From positions 34,308-98,307 of the forward strand of contig JACZRI010000003.1 in the NCBI GenBank assembly GCA_022574775.1: DNA of 64,000 nucleotides, in the 5' to 3' direction. The notes under the pieces were generated by a model. That model did no database searches. It was not told the DNA's origin and worked only from the letters and a program-made list of their open reading frames with translations. The translations under genes were made by a program, and so were the position numbers. This document shows, in pieces, positions 49,057-57,700 of the stretch (positions within the stretch are counted from its first letter, which is position 1; each line of letters starts with the position of its first letter). This DNA comes from Patescibacteria group bacterium. Lineage in GTDB: Bacteria > Patescibacteriota > Minisyncoccia > Minisyncoccales > RBG-13-36-15.

Positions 49057-49656
49057 TTATTCAACTCTTCTTATATACTCGTGTGTCTCCGTGTTTATTT
49101 CGATGATATCTTCCTCTTTTATAAAGAGGGGAACATTTATTTTAGCTCCGGTTTCCAGGGTCACTTGTTTTTTTCCGGGCTGCGATCTCCCGCCTTTAAT
49201 ACCTGGCGGGGATTCTATGACCTTCAATTGGACTTTAACGGGCAGCGCGATATTGATCACCTTTTCTTTAAAAATTATTTGCTTAATGATTTGATTCGGC
49301 TTTAGAAAGCTGGTTTGTTCTCCAATTTGCTCCGATGTTAAATCAAATCTTTTACTTGGATCATCTTTTTTTGAAAAAAAATAGCGATGGCGGCTTGTCC
49401 CATCGGAGATTGAAGATTTTCTATCGAGGTGGGAGTATAGAAATTTTGCTTCAATTTTCGAAATATCCGCTTCGTGGAAAGTTTCTCCCTGGTGGAAATT
49501 TTTAGAAAAAACATTGCCGTTAATAAGATTCTTAATCTTGGTTTGAATAATAACCCTTCTTTGAGCCATTTTCAAAGGACGAGCCTCCAATATCTCGTAA
49601 GGTTCTTCGTCAAGAATAATTTTTACTCCTTTTTTTAAATTAGTATGAGTGAGCAC
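49057..49656 (-). CDS. efp: Elongation factor P, with 12-aa in-frame insertion and atypical tip loop
   Basis: LKKG..I, KIKNLING, TLETG..INVPLFI, INTETHEY..R. Confidence 0.93.
   Translation of the reverse strand: MLTHTNLKKGVKIILDEEPYEILEARPLKMAQRRVIIQTKIKNLINGNVFSKNFHQGETFHEADISKIEAKFLYSHLDRKSSISDGTSRHRYFFSKKDDPSKRFDLTSEQIGEQTSFLKPNQIIKQIIFKEKVINIALPVKVQLKVIESPPGIKGGRSQPGKKQVTLETGAKINVPLFIKEEDIIEINTETHEYIRRVE
49394..49429 (-). repeat. 36-nt degenerate palindromic element inserted in efp
   Basis: Minus strand cctcgatagaaa...tctccgatggga+caag; removal restores FLYSHRHRYFF. Confidence 0.6.
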
Positions 49657-49657
49657 A

Positions 49658-50680
49658 TTACTTTAAAATAGTTCCTATAAAATCCGTGCGGCCTCTTAGA
49701 AAATCTTCAGAGGTTGTTGATTTTTTTCCTTCCAATTGCAATTCAGTGATTATAAGAAAATCTTTTCCTGTTTGAACTGCGATTTTGCTATCTGGGGCTA
49801 AAAAAGTTTTTCCAGGGCTCCCAAATGGTCCTTTGCTTGTCTGTTTTAAAACATTTACCTTCAAGATTTTTAATCTTAAGCATTTTTTTTCTTCACAATA
49901 AAGACAAAAACTTTCCGGCCATCCTTCAAAAGCCCTAACCTGTCTTTCAATTCCTATTGCTGGCATTTTCCAATCAATCTTCCCGTCTTCCCTTTTTAAA
50001 ATTTTTGAAAAAGTAACTTTTGAATTGTCTTGTGGAACTGGTTTTATATCGCCATTTATCCATTTCGGGATTGTTTCAACTAATAATTTTGCCCCCAAAT
50101 TCGCTAATTTATTTTCTAATTCTCTATAAGGAACCTTCAGGCTTTCTGCTTCATACTTCGTACTTGCAATTATTGGTCCGTGATCAATTTTTTCATCCAT
50201 TAAGATTATGGTTACTCCGGCTTCTTTGTCTCCAGCTAAAATTGTGTGTTGAACAGGCGATGGCCCCCGCCATCGAGGAAGTAAAGAGGGATGCAAATTT
50301 AAAGAGCCATATTTTGGAATTTCTAAGATTTCTTTGGGTAAAATTTCATTGTAGGCAGCAACAACTATTAAGTCTGGTTCATAGCCTTCAATTGTAAATT
50401 TATAATTCTTAATTTTTTCTGGTTGCAAAACAGGAATATTATATTTTTCCGCTAAAATTTTTACTGGTGGGGGAGTAAGAATTTTTTTTCTTCCTGCCGG
50501 TTTATCAGGGGCAGTGATAACGAAAACCGGTTGGAAAGGTCCATGCAAGGAGAGAGAAAAAGAGGACACATATGGAGAGAGAACAAAAGAAGGGATATAC
50601 TCAATAAGCTTTTTTAGGATAGTTGCTCCAAATTCCGGCGTTCCCAGAAAGATAATTTTTAGATTTGTTTTGTTTTTCAT
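49658..50680 (-). CDS. fmt: Methionyl-tRNA formyltransferase
   Basis: FLGTPEF, PDKPAGR, NLHPSLLPRWRGPSP, DHGPI. Confidence 0.95.
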   Translation of the reverse strand: MKNKTNLKIIFLGTPEFGATILKKLIEYIPSFVLSPYVSSFSLSLHGPFQPVFVITAPDKPAGRKKILTPPPVKILAEKYNIPVLQPEKIKNYKFTIEGYEPDLIVVAAYNEILPKEILEIPKYGSLNLHPSLLPRWRGPSPVQHTILAGDKEAGVTIILMDEKIDHGPIIASTKYEAESLKVPYRELENKLANLGAKLLVETIPKWINGDIKPVPQDNSKVTFSKILKREDGKIDWKMPAIGIERQVRAFEGWPESFCLYCEEKKCLRLKILKVNVLKQTSKGPFGSPGKTFLAPDSKIAVQTGKDFLIITELQLEGKKSTTSEDFLRGRTDFIGTILK

Positions 50681-50684
50681 AGAG

Positions 50685-51158
50685 CTATTTCACAATTCTC
50701 CATTCAATTTCTTCTTCCTTGCCTGCGAATTCCAACCAACTGTTGCTTTCATCAATGACATACCATTTCCTCTTTGTTTCTGACCAGACCATTGGATTTC
50801 CCTGAAAATATGGTTTTTTTATAATTTCTTTTGGCTTCAACCTGTCCAATTCCAACCACTTTTTAAAGACAGTTTCAATTGCATAATCTAAATTTCGTGA
50901 TTTTGCCCATTCAGCAACTTTCGTAATTGCTTTTTTTGCTTTTCTTGCAGACCCTGCTAATTCTAAAAGCTGTTTTGCAGGTCTTGTAAATCTGGAATAA
51001 ATTATTTTTTTCTTTTTGGCGTCTTTTTTGATCAGATCCAAGGTCAACCCTTTGCTGTAAAAATAATGATTAACAATTTTTTGGATAGCAGTTTCCTCAC
51101 GCCTTTTTGCCAGAGATTTTTCCTTTCTTTTCACTTTTTCGCTTTTGGTTTTTGCCAT
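50685..51158 (-). CDS. Basic hypothetical protein
   Basis: 157-aa ORF directly upstream of fmt on the same strand; no recognised family. Confidence 0.7.
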   Translation of the reverse strand: MAKTKSEKVKRKEKSLAKRREETAIQKIVNHYFYSKGLTLDLIKKDAKKKKIIYSRFTRPAKQLLELAGSARKAKKAITKVAEWAKSRNLDYAIETVFKKWLELDRLKPKEIIKKPYFQGNPMVWSETKRKWYVIDESNSWLEFAGKEEEIEWRIVK

Positions 51159-51303
51159 TGCTATATATTAAAATAATAACCTATTTCAAGGTCATTTTAA
51201 AGAGGAGAACATCAATCTTCATTATCTGCTAAAATATAAAAAAACCATCATCGTTTGCCGATAATGGTTCTTTGGAGATTTTCTAAGAAAATCAAGCGCC
51301 AGT

Positions 51304-52167
51304 TTATTCTTCAAATTCTATCGCAATAGCGGTTGCCTCTCCGTGTTCTATATGCCTTTCTTTTTCTTTTTTCTCAAAATTTCTCGTTTCCTCTAAGATA
51401 CCCTTCAGGCTTCTTTGTTTATAGAGTGCTATCATTTCTTTTGCTAAGAATTCTTCATTTCCAGGATCAAGCAAAAGTGGCAATAAGCCATCACTGAAAA
51501 GTATTAAAAGTTTGAGATTTTCTAAAGGAATTATTAATCTTTGCCAGCATTTTTCAAATAGAGCTTGACCATTTAAAAGGCCATAACCTGTTGGCTGATT
51601 GATTTGATTGATATCTCGAAGCCGAAGACTAGAAAGGGGTTTGTGAAATTTTACCCAAGTTTCTCGACGATCTTGAATGCCCTCAGTTTGTTGAATGATT
51701 CTCCAAGTTTCCCGAATTTCTACCTCATGCAAAGAGGCTTGATTTTTGGTGAATCCTATTCTTCCTTTATTTGTAATCCAAATTGCGAAGCAATCACCTG
51801 CCTGGATGATATCTATGTTATTTTGGCTTAATCTTGCTACTACAATACAGGCTCCAGCGAGGAGATCTGCTCGATCTAAAGGGATACCGTGTTCAGATTG
51901 GATAATTCCAACTTGTTTATTGGCATGTAGGAGAATTTTCTCAAGGGTTTCATCATTGTTTGCCGAGTATAGAGCTTTAAGGATTTCTTGTCGGACCATT
52001 TGTCCGCCGCTCATTCCATTAAAAAGGGGCCGCTTCATTTCATGATGAAAAGGAGCGCTTAGTCCATCAATTACCCCAACGAGTGGTAGGTTTACACAAA
52101 GGCCATCTTCTTGGTCTTCAGCTGTTCCCTGGCTGTAAATCGTTTCAATCCTCTTAATATTTGACAT
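51304..52167 (-). CDS. PP2C-like phosphatase-fold protein
   Basis: QEDG, GVIDG, AGDC, FSDG, GEATAI; strong SD and own TTGACA promoter. Confidence 0.75.
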   Translation of the reverse strand: MSNIKRIETIYSQGTAEDQEDGLCVNLPLVGVIDGLSAPFHHEMKRPLFNGMSGGQMVRQEILKALYSANNDETLEKILLHANKQVGIIQSEHGIPLDRADLLAGACIVVARLSQNNIDIIQAGDCFAIWITNKGRIGFTKNQASLHEVEIRETWRIIQQTEGIQDRRETWVKFHKPLSSLRLRDINQINQPTGYGLLNGQALFEKCWQRLIIPLENLKLLILFSDGLLPLLLDPGNEEFLAKEMIALYKQRSLKGILEETRNFEKKEKERHIEHGEATAIAIEFEE

Positions 52168-52274
52168 TCTTCACCTCCTTAGAAGTATTTACCGAAGTTA
52201 AAGAACTATTACTATATTACATATTTGAGTAGTTTTGTCAAGATTTAAATCTTTTCGAATTTGTGATATCTTAA

Positions 52275-52877
52275 ATGAAAATGAGAACAAAACACAGAAT
52301 CTTTATTGCTATTAATTTCCTTCCAGAAATAAAAAAGGAGTTCCTTTTTTATCAGAAGAAATGGGAAGATTTACCGGTTCGATGGACGAAAAAAGATAAT
52401 TTACACTTAACTTTGGTTTTTATCGGCTCTGTGGAGGATGAAGGTTTACTAAAAATCCTTGAAACTGCAAGGGAAGTAGCGAAAAATTCCCAACCTTTTT
52501 CAATACATTTTCAAAGAATTCTTCTTGGTCCGCCTGACAGAACTCCTCGAATGTTTTGGGTAGAAGGGGAAAAGAATCAAGATTTGAGTGTCTTAAAAAA
52601 TAATTTAGAAAAAGAATTGTCAGAGTTAAAATTAAGACGAGAGCTTCGAGAATTCAAAGTCCATATTACCATAGGAAGAATTAAAATATTAGAATGGCGC
52701 CAGCTTCAAAAGAAACCAAGAATTGAAGAAAAAATCTCCTTAACGGTATCGGTAAATTCTATTGAAGTTATGGAGAGTAAATTAAAACCAACTGGGCCGG
52801 ACTATTTTGTTTTAGAGTCAATCAAGCTTGGACCCCTTTCTTTTTCAAAAAAGAAAGGTGATCCCCCGGTACTATAA
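52275..52877 (+). CDS. thpR: RNA 2',3'-cyclic phosphodiesterase (2H family)
   Basis: RIFIAI, HLTL and HITI motifs; C-terminus runs into palindromes. Confidence 0.92.
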   Translation: MKMRTKHRIFIAINFLPEIKKEFLFYQKKWEDLPVRWTKKDNLHLTLVFIGSVEDEGLLKILETAREVAKNSQPFSIHFQRILLGPPDRTPRMFWVEGEKNQDLSVLKNNLEKELSELKLRRELREFKVHITIGRIKILEWRQLQKKPRIEEKISLTVSVNSIEVMESKLKPTGPDYFVLESIKLGPLSFSKKKGDPPVL

Positions 52878-53082
52878 ATCCTTTCGGATTTGAGTACGGG
52901 GCTAGAATACGAAATACATACGTTATTTTACAAGATGCTCGCCCCGTACCATGCGAACGCAGTGAGAATTGGTACTGGGGCAACCTCCAAAGAAAAAATA
53001 TAATGTTATCGCTCGCTCGGCGCCGGTAAGCCGTAGCTCGCGATATTTGTTCGAGACCTTTTTAAAAAAAGGTTCTCGAGCT
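52830..53082. repeat. Cluster of palindromic elements between thpR and murC
   Basis: cctttctttt/aaaagaaagg; ccccggtact..agtacgggg+ctag (52864-52905); ccccgtacc..ggtactgggg+caac (52942-52984); tcgagaccttttt/aaaaaggttctcga. Confidence 0.7.
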
Positions 53083-53091
53083 CTCAAAATT

Positions 53092-54453
53092 ATGAAAAAG
53101 GTTCATTTCATTGGCATTGGAGGAATTGGGGTTTCTGCATTGGCCAGATTTTATTTGAAAAATGGGTGGGAAGTTTCAGGTTCTGATTTGGAAAGTTCAG
53201 AAACCATAACGGCGCTGGAAAAATTAGGAGTTAAAATTTTTGTCGGCAAACATAAAGTTAAAAACTTGAATCCTCAAGCTGATTTGGTTATTTACAGCCC
53301 AGCCATTAAATCGGACAATCCAGAGTTGCTGAAAGCTAAAAGCTATCCTTCGGCAAGCTCAGGATCCCGAGCAGCGTCGAGGGGTAAGTTGGAAGCTATC
53401 TCTTATCCTCAAGCTTTAGGCCAATTAACAAAGAAATATTTTACCATTGCTGTCTCTGGGACGCACGGAAAAAGCACAACCGTAGCCATGATTAGCCTGA
53501 TTTTAATAAAAGCAGGACTTGACCCAACTGTAATTTTAGGAACAAAACTTAAGGAATTCGGCAACAGCAATTTTCGAATGGGCAGCAAACTGCCAACTAC
53601 TAAATATAAACTGCCTTTTCTGGTGATTGAGGCTGATGAATGGGGAGCATCTTTTTTGTATTTTTGGCCAAAGATTATTGTTTTGACCAACATTGAGAAA
53701 GAACACCTCGATTATTATAAAAACTTAAACCATATTTTGAAAACTTATAAAAAATATATTTCCCATTTGCCAAAAACCGGCGTTTTGATAGCAAATAGAG
53801 ATGACCAAAATATAAAAAAAATTATAAGAAAAGAAAAAACGTCATTTTATTCTCTAAGCGATACGGAAGCAAAGAAATTAAAAAATATTTTGGAAGTTCC
53901 GGGAGTTCACAATATTTCTAATGCTCAAAGCGCCTTGACAACTGCCAGAGTTCTAAAAATCCCAGATAGGATCTCTTTTAAAGCTCTTTCAGAATATAAA
54001 GGAGCCTGGCGACGGTTTGAGATTTTTACTAAATATCTAGCAGCTCGGCCCTATACCTTAATTTCAGATTATGCTCATCATCCAACAGAGATAAAAGCTA
54101 CCCTTCAAGCCGCCAGAGAAAAATTTAAGGGAAGAAAAATATGGGCTGTTTTCCAGCCCCATCAATATCAAAGAACATATTATTTTTTTAAAGATTTCGT
54201 TAGAGCTTTTGATTTGGCAGACGAAATTATCTTAACTGAAATTTATCAGGTTACAGGAAGAGAGGAAAGAAAAATTTTAAGAAAAGTCAGCGCTAGAAAA
54301 TTAGCAGTAGATATTAGAAAAAGAAGGAAAAAAGTCCACTTTGTTAAAGATTTTGAGAAAATCCCAAAATTTATTAAAACAAGAGTCAAAGGAAAAGATG
54401 TTGTTTTAGTAATGGGAGCAGGAGACATTTATAAGATAATCGACTTTTTATAA
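53092..54453 (+). CDS. murC: UDP-N-acetylmuramate-L-alanine ligase, with 13-aa in-frame insertion
   Basis: HFIGIGGIG, SGTHGKSTT, EADE, DYAHHPTEI, FQPH, MGAGDI; ATG 53092. Confidence 0.96.
   Translation: MKKVHFIGIGGIGVSALARFYLKNGWEVSGSDLESSETITALEKLGVKIFVGKHKVKNLNPQADLVIYSPAIKSDNPELLKAKSYPSASSGSRAASRGKLEAISYPQALGQLTKKYFTIAVSGTHGKSTTVAMISLILIKAGLDPTVILGTKLKEFGNSNFRMGSKLPTTKYKLPFLVIEADEWGASFLYFWPKIIVLTNIEKEHLDYYKNLNHILKTYKKYISHLPKTGVLIANRDDQNIKKIIRKEKTSFYSLSDTEAKKLKNILEVPGVHNISNAQSALTTARVLKIPDRISFKALSEYKGAWRRFEIFTKYLAARPYTLISDYAHHPTEIKATLQAAREKFKGRKIWAVFQPHQYQRTYYFFKDFVRAFDLADEIILTEIYQVTGREERKILRKVSARKLAVDIRKRRKKVHFVKDFEKIPKFIKTRVKGKDVVLVMGAGDIYKIIDFL
53346..53384 (+). repeat. 39-nt CCTTCG/CTCAGG-family element inserted in murC
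   Basis: tccttcggcaagctcagga-tcccgagcagcgtcgagggg; removal gives AKSYKLEAI. Confidence 0.75.
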
Positions 54454-54538
54454 ATGTCGCCTGCTAGGTATTGACAGACCTTGGTAATAAAGAGAAAATA
54501 GAATAAAGGTTATAAGTTGTAAATTCGCCACGTATTTT

Positions 54539-54682
54539 ATGTCAACTGCAGTCTTGGGGATAGTTGTGGCAGTGGTGGTGATCGCAATCGTGGGTTATTT
54601 CCTGGTAAGAAAGAAGGGAAAGAAATCTTCCCAGGGACCGGAAACACCCTCATCTCCACCTTTTCAGCCGCCAACGTCCTAA
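54539..54682 (+). CDS. 47-aa single-TM microprotein
   Basis: MSTAVLGIVVAVVVIAIVGYFLVRKKGKKSSQGPETPSSPPFQPPTS*; upstream TTGACA at 54471. Confidence 0.7.
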   Translation: MSTAVLGIVVAVVVIAIVGYFLVRKKGKKSSQGPETPSSPPFQPPTS

Positions 54683-54724
54683 ATAAAAACTAAGCACTAA
54701 GCATTACGAACTAACAACTATTTT

Positions 54725-54832
54725 ATGGATTGGCCATTAATTATTTTTGTTTTGGCAGTTATTAGCATTTCTCTTGGTTATTGGTGGTATCGCCGAAAGA
54801 ACAATAGAATTCCTCCTTCCACAGAAAGCTGA
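54725..54832 (+). CDS. 35-aa single-TM microprotein
   Basis: MDWPLIIFVLAVISISLGYWWYRRKNNRIPPSTES*. Confidence 0.6.
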   Translation: MDWPLIIFVLAVISISLGYWWYRRKNNRIPPSTES

Positions 54833-54971
54833 AGCTAAGTTGAATCTTTTAAGCTATTAGAAAGCAGTGAATTTCTGCTTTTTTGTTTTGGAAAATAAGT
54901 AGGCTTGCATTTTTTAATTTATCAGTTATTATGTGTATAGTTCTTACTATGCTTTTTCAAGGAGGGATAAT

Positions 54972-55430
54972 ATGGGAGTGTATACGGTGGAACGAGAAAT
55001 TCCAGTGCCTGATGGTCCTCACGTTTGGCTTAATCTAAATCAGCTGATTAATGGAGTTATCGCAGAGTCTGATTTCCGAGAAGGATTTGTCATAATTCAA
55101 ACAAAACATACAACTACTGGCCTGTTGATCAATGAAGATGAAAGAGGATTTAAGAATGATTTACTTCGCCGCTTAACGAAAATGGTTCCTGATGATGAAT
55201 ATTATGAACATGATGATTTTACGAAGAGGACAGAAAACATTGGTCCTGACGAAAGGAAGAATGCAGTAAGTCATATCAGAGCTTCCTTTTTACAGACATC
55301 TCTGTCTCCTATAATCTTTAAAAACCGTCAGCTGCAACTTGGAACTTGGCAATCAGTTTTATTTGTCGACTTTGATCCTAATGGAAGGCCATCTAGAAAT
55401 CTCGTTGTCCAGATTCATGGAGAAAAGTAA
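54972..55430 (+). CDS. YjbQ/UPF0047 family protein
   Basis: HTTTGLLINE, YEHD, NAVSH, LGTWQSVLFVDFD; SD before ATG 54972. Confidence 0.9.
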   Translation: MGVYTVEREIPVPDGPHVWLNLNQLINGVIAESDFREGFVIIQTKHTTTGLLINEDERGFKNDLLRRLTKMVPDDEYYEHDDFTKRTENIGPDERKNAVSHIRASFLQTSLSPIIFKNRQLQLGTWQSVLFVDFDPNGRPSRNLVVQIHGEK

Positions 55431-55534
55431 TATGCCTGTCGGCTAAAAGAGAGAACCTTTACGTTCTCTCTCTTTTTTTACAAGCTCTTATTCCTATTTG
55501 TTCAATAAATTGCTAAAATAAAATAACATAGAGT

Positions 55535-57082
55535 ATGCAAAAGAAACTACTTCTTGTAAATAAAAAAGATAAAGTTATAGGAACCGAGACAAAGGAAAAA
55601 TGCCATGATGGCAGGGGAATTTTGCATAGAGCTTTTTCTATTTTAATTCTGAATAACAAAAATCAAGTCCTTCTTTCAAAAAGAAGTAAATTTAAAAGAC
55701 TTTGGCCATTATATTGGGATAACACCTGCTCAAGCCATCTCCTTAAAGGTGAAGGCTATGAGTCGGCTGGCAGAAAGAGGTTAAAAGAGGAGTTCGGTTT
55801 TAACAATTCTCTTAAATTAATAGATAAGTTCCAATACCAGGCTCCATATAAAAATGTAGGTTCAGAGAATGAATTGTGCGCTTTGTTAGTAGGAAAATAC
55901 GATGAAGAAAAGATTAAACCTGATAAAAGAGAAATCGCCGCATGGAAATGGATGGATTTTTCAAAGCTTCAAAAAAGCATGAAAAAGAACCCCAAAAAAT
56001 ACACCCCTTGGTTTAAAATCGGCGTGAAACGTTTAAAAAAGGAAATTTTGTCTAATGAGCAAGATAAAGAAAAATTAAATTCAATTTTGACCGAATTGAC
56101 AAAGAAGGTAGATCCAGTGATTAAAAAAACTCTTATTTCCGGAGTTGATAAAAAATTCCAAAAAGTTGTAAGTTATCAAATTACAACTGGCGGAAAGAGA
56201 CTAAGGCCGGCTTTAGCCATAATTTGCTGCAGAATGCTTGGAGGACGGCTAAAAGATGTTCTGTATGCGGCAGCAGGCCTAGAAATACTGCATAATTACA
56301 CCTTAATCATTGATGATGTTATTGATAAAAGCACTCTCCGAAGAGGAAAACCAACTACTTGGTCCAAATTTGGGAAATCTGTTGCTGAATGCGTTGGTGT
56401 ATATTATTCAGCAGCTATTTTCCAAGCGGCAAACAAATCAAAAGCGCCGGTTTTAATATCCGAATTTTTTGCCAAGACTATTAAAATAATTATTGATGGA
56501 GAAATTTTAGATATTTTATTTGAGCAATCTGGCAGAAGTGACGAGCCCTACGTTATGAAGAATAGATACCGCGAAATAAGAAAGAAAGATTATTTTAAAA
56601 TGATTGGCAAGAAAACAGCGTCTTTACTGCAAACCAGCTGTGAGGTAGGCGGAATTTGCGCTGGAGCCAAAGAGAAGGAACTAACAGTTTTAAGAAAATA
56701 TGGGTTTAACATAGGAATGGCTTTTCAGATCACAGATGATATTTTAGACATTTTTGGTGAAGAGAAAAAATTTAGGAAAAAAATTGGGAGAGATATAATA
56801 GAAAGCAAAAAAGGGAATATTGTTATCCTTTTGACACTAAAAGAGCTAAACTCCGCTGATAGGAATAAATTTTTAAAAATAATGAAAAAGGATAAAATTA
56901 GCAAAAAAGATGTTAGAGAGGCAATGATATTGATTGAAAAAACAGACAGTAGGCAAAAGGCTTATCAATTAGGAGAGGGCTTTACAGAAGAGGCTAAAAA
57001 AGATTTGAAAGCTCTGCCGCAAAACAAATGGAATGAAATGTTGAGAATTTTGGCTGATTTTACCCTTGAAAGAGAAAAATAA
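55535..57082 (+). CDS. Fused type-1 IPP isomerase + polyprenyl diphosphate synthase
   Basis: N-terminal HRAFS, NTCSSH, ENELC, YTPWF; C-terminal GGKRLRP, DDVID, KKTA, FQITDDILD. Confidence 0.9.
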   Translation: MQKKLLLVNKKDKVIGTETKEKCHDGRGILHRAFSILILNNKNQVLLSKRSKFKRLWPLYWDNTCSSHLLKGEGYESAGRKRLKEEFGFNNSLKLIDKFQYQAPYKNVGSENELCALLVGKYDEEKIKPDKREIAAWKWMDFSKLQKSMKKNPKKYTPWFKIGVKRLKKEILSNEQDKEKLNSILTELTKKVDPVIKKTLISGVDKKFQKVVSYQITTGGKRLRPALAIICCRMLGGRLKDVLYAAAGLEILHNYTLIIDDVIDKSTLRRGKPTTWSKFGKSVAECVGVYYSAAIFQAANKSKAPVLISEFFAKTIKIIIDGEILDILFEQSGRSDEPYVMKNRYREIRKKDYFKMIGKKTASLLQTSCEVGGICAGAKEKELTVLRKYGFNIGMAFQITDDILDIFGEEKKFRKKIGRDIIESKKGNIVILLTLKELNSADRNKFLKIMKKDKISKKDVREAMILIEKTDSRQKAYQLGEGFTEEAKKDLKALPQNKWNEMLRILADFTLEREK

Positions 57083-57098
57083 AATAAAGCAACTTAAA

Positions 57099-57542
57099 AT
57101 GGAGAGAAATAATAAAGAAAGTAAGAATTTAGAGTACGAAGATTTTTTGAATTTAGGAGTAGCTGTTAATAATAGAGGCGAAGTTCTGTTGATTCGTTGG
57201 GTTGAACCGGAAGTCGGAAAAGATGGCTCTGTTTTGACTTGGGCTTTTCCTGGCAGTGGGCAACGATTAAACGAGACGCGGGAAGAATGCGTCAAGAGAG
57301 GTATATTAGCGAAAACCGGTTATGATGTTGAATCGATTAAGCAAATATCTTTACGGTCTCATCCTCAATTCCCAGTATTTATTGTTTATCATCTCTGTAG
57401 ATTAGTCTCTCCCGAACAGGTTGCCAAACCCAATAAATCTCACGAGGTGGCAGAGATTAGATGGGTTAAGCTGGAAGAAATTAAGAATCTAATTAAAACA
57501 GATATTGACCCTAAGGTCAGTCGAGAACTCGGTTTACGTTGA
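57099..57542 (+). CDS. NUDIX-fold protein with degenerate Nudix box
   Basis: WAFPGSG...ETREECVKRGILAKTGY; the catalytic Glu residues of REuxEE are replaced. Confidence 0.7.
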   Translation: MERNNKESKNLEYEDFLNLGVAVNNRGEVLLIRWVEPEVGKDGSVLTWAFPGSGQRLNETREECVKRGILAKTGYDVESIKQISLRSHPQFPVFIVYHLCRLVSPEQVAKPNKSHEVAEIRWVKLEEIKNLIKTDIDPKVSRELGLR

Positions 57543-57586
57543 TTCTTAGAATAATATAGTGAATTTCCCGCGCAGCTTCACTGTAC

Positions 57587-57609
57587 GGTTTTTTGTTTGT
57601 CTTGAGACA
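57587..57609 (+). repeat. 23-bp direct repeat, left copy
   Basis: ggttttttgtttgtcttgagaca, identical at 63820-63842. Confidence 0.85.
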
Positions 57610-57700
57610 AGAAGAGATACTAAGCACCAAAGGGGTTCTTGATTAAACGAAATTTAATAGCATGTTTTCGAAAAAGAAATTTTTATGAGAACTAAAAATT

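Noticed and set aside
52969-53091. 41-aa N-terminal extension of MurC
   Set aside because: The frame runs through palindromic repeats from a TTG; the canonical start MKKVHFIG is at 53092.
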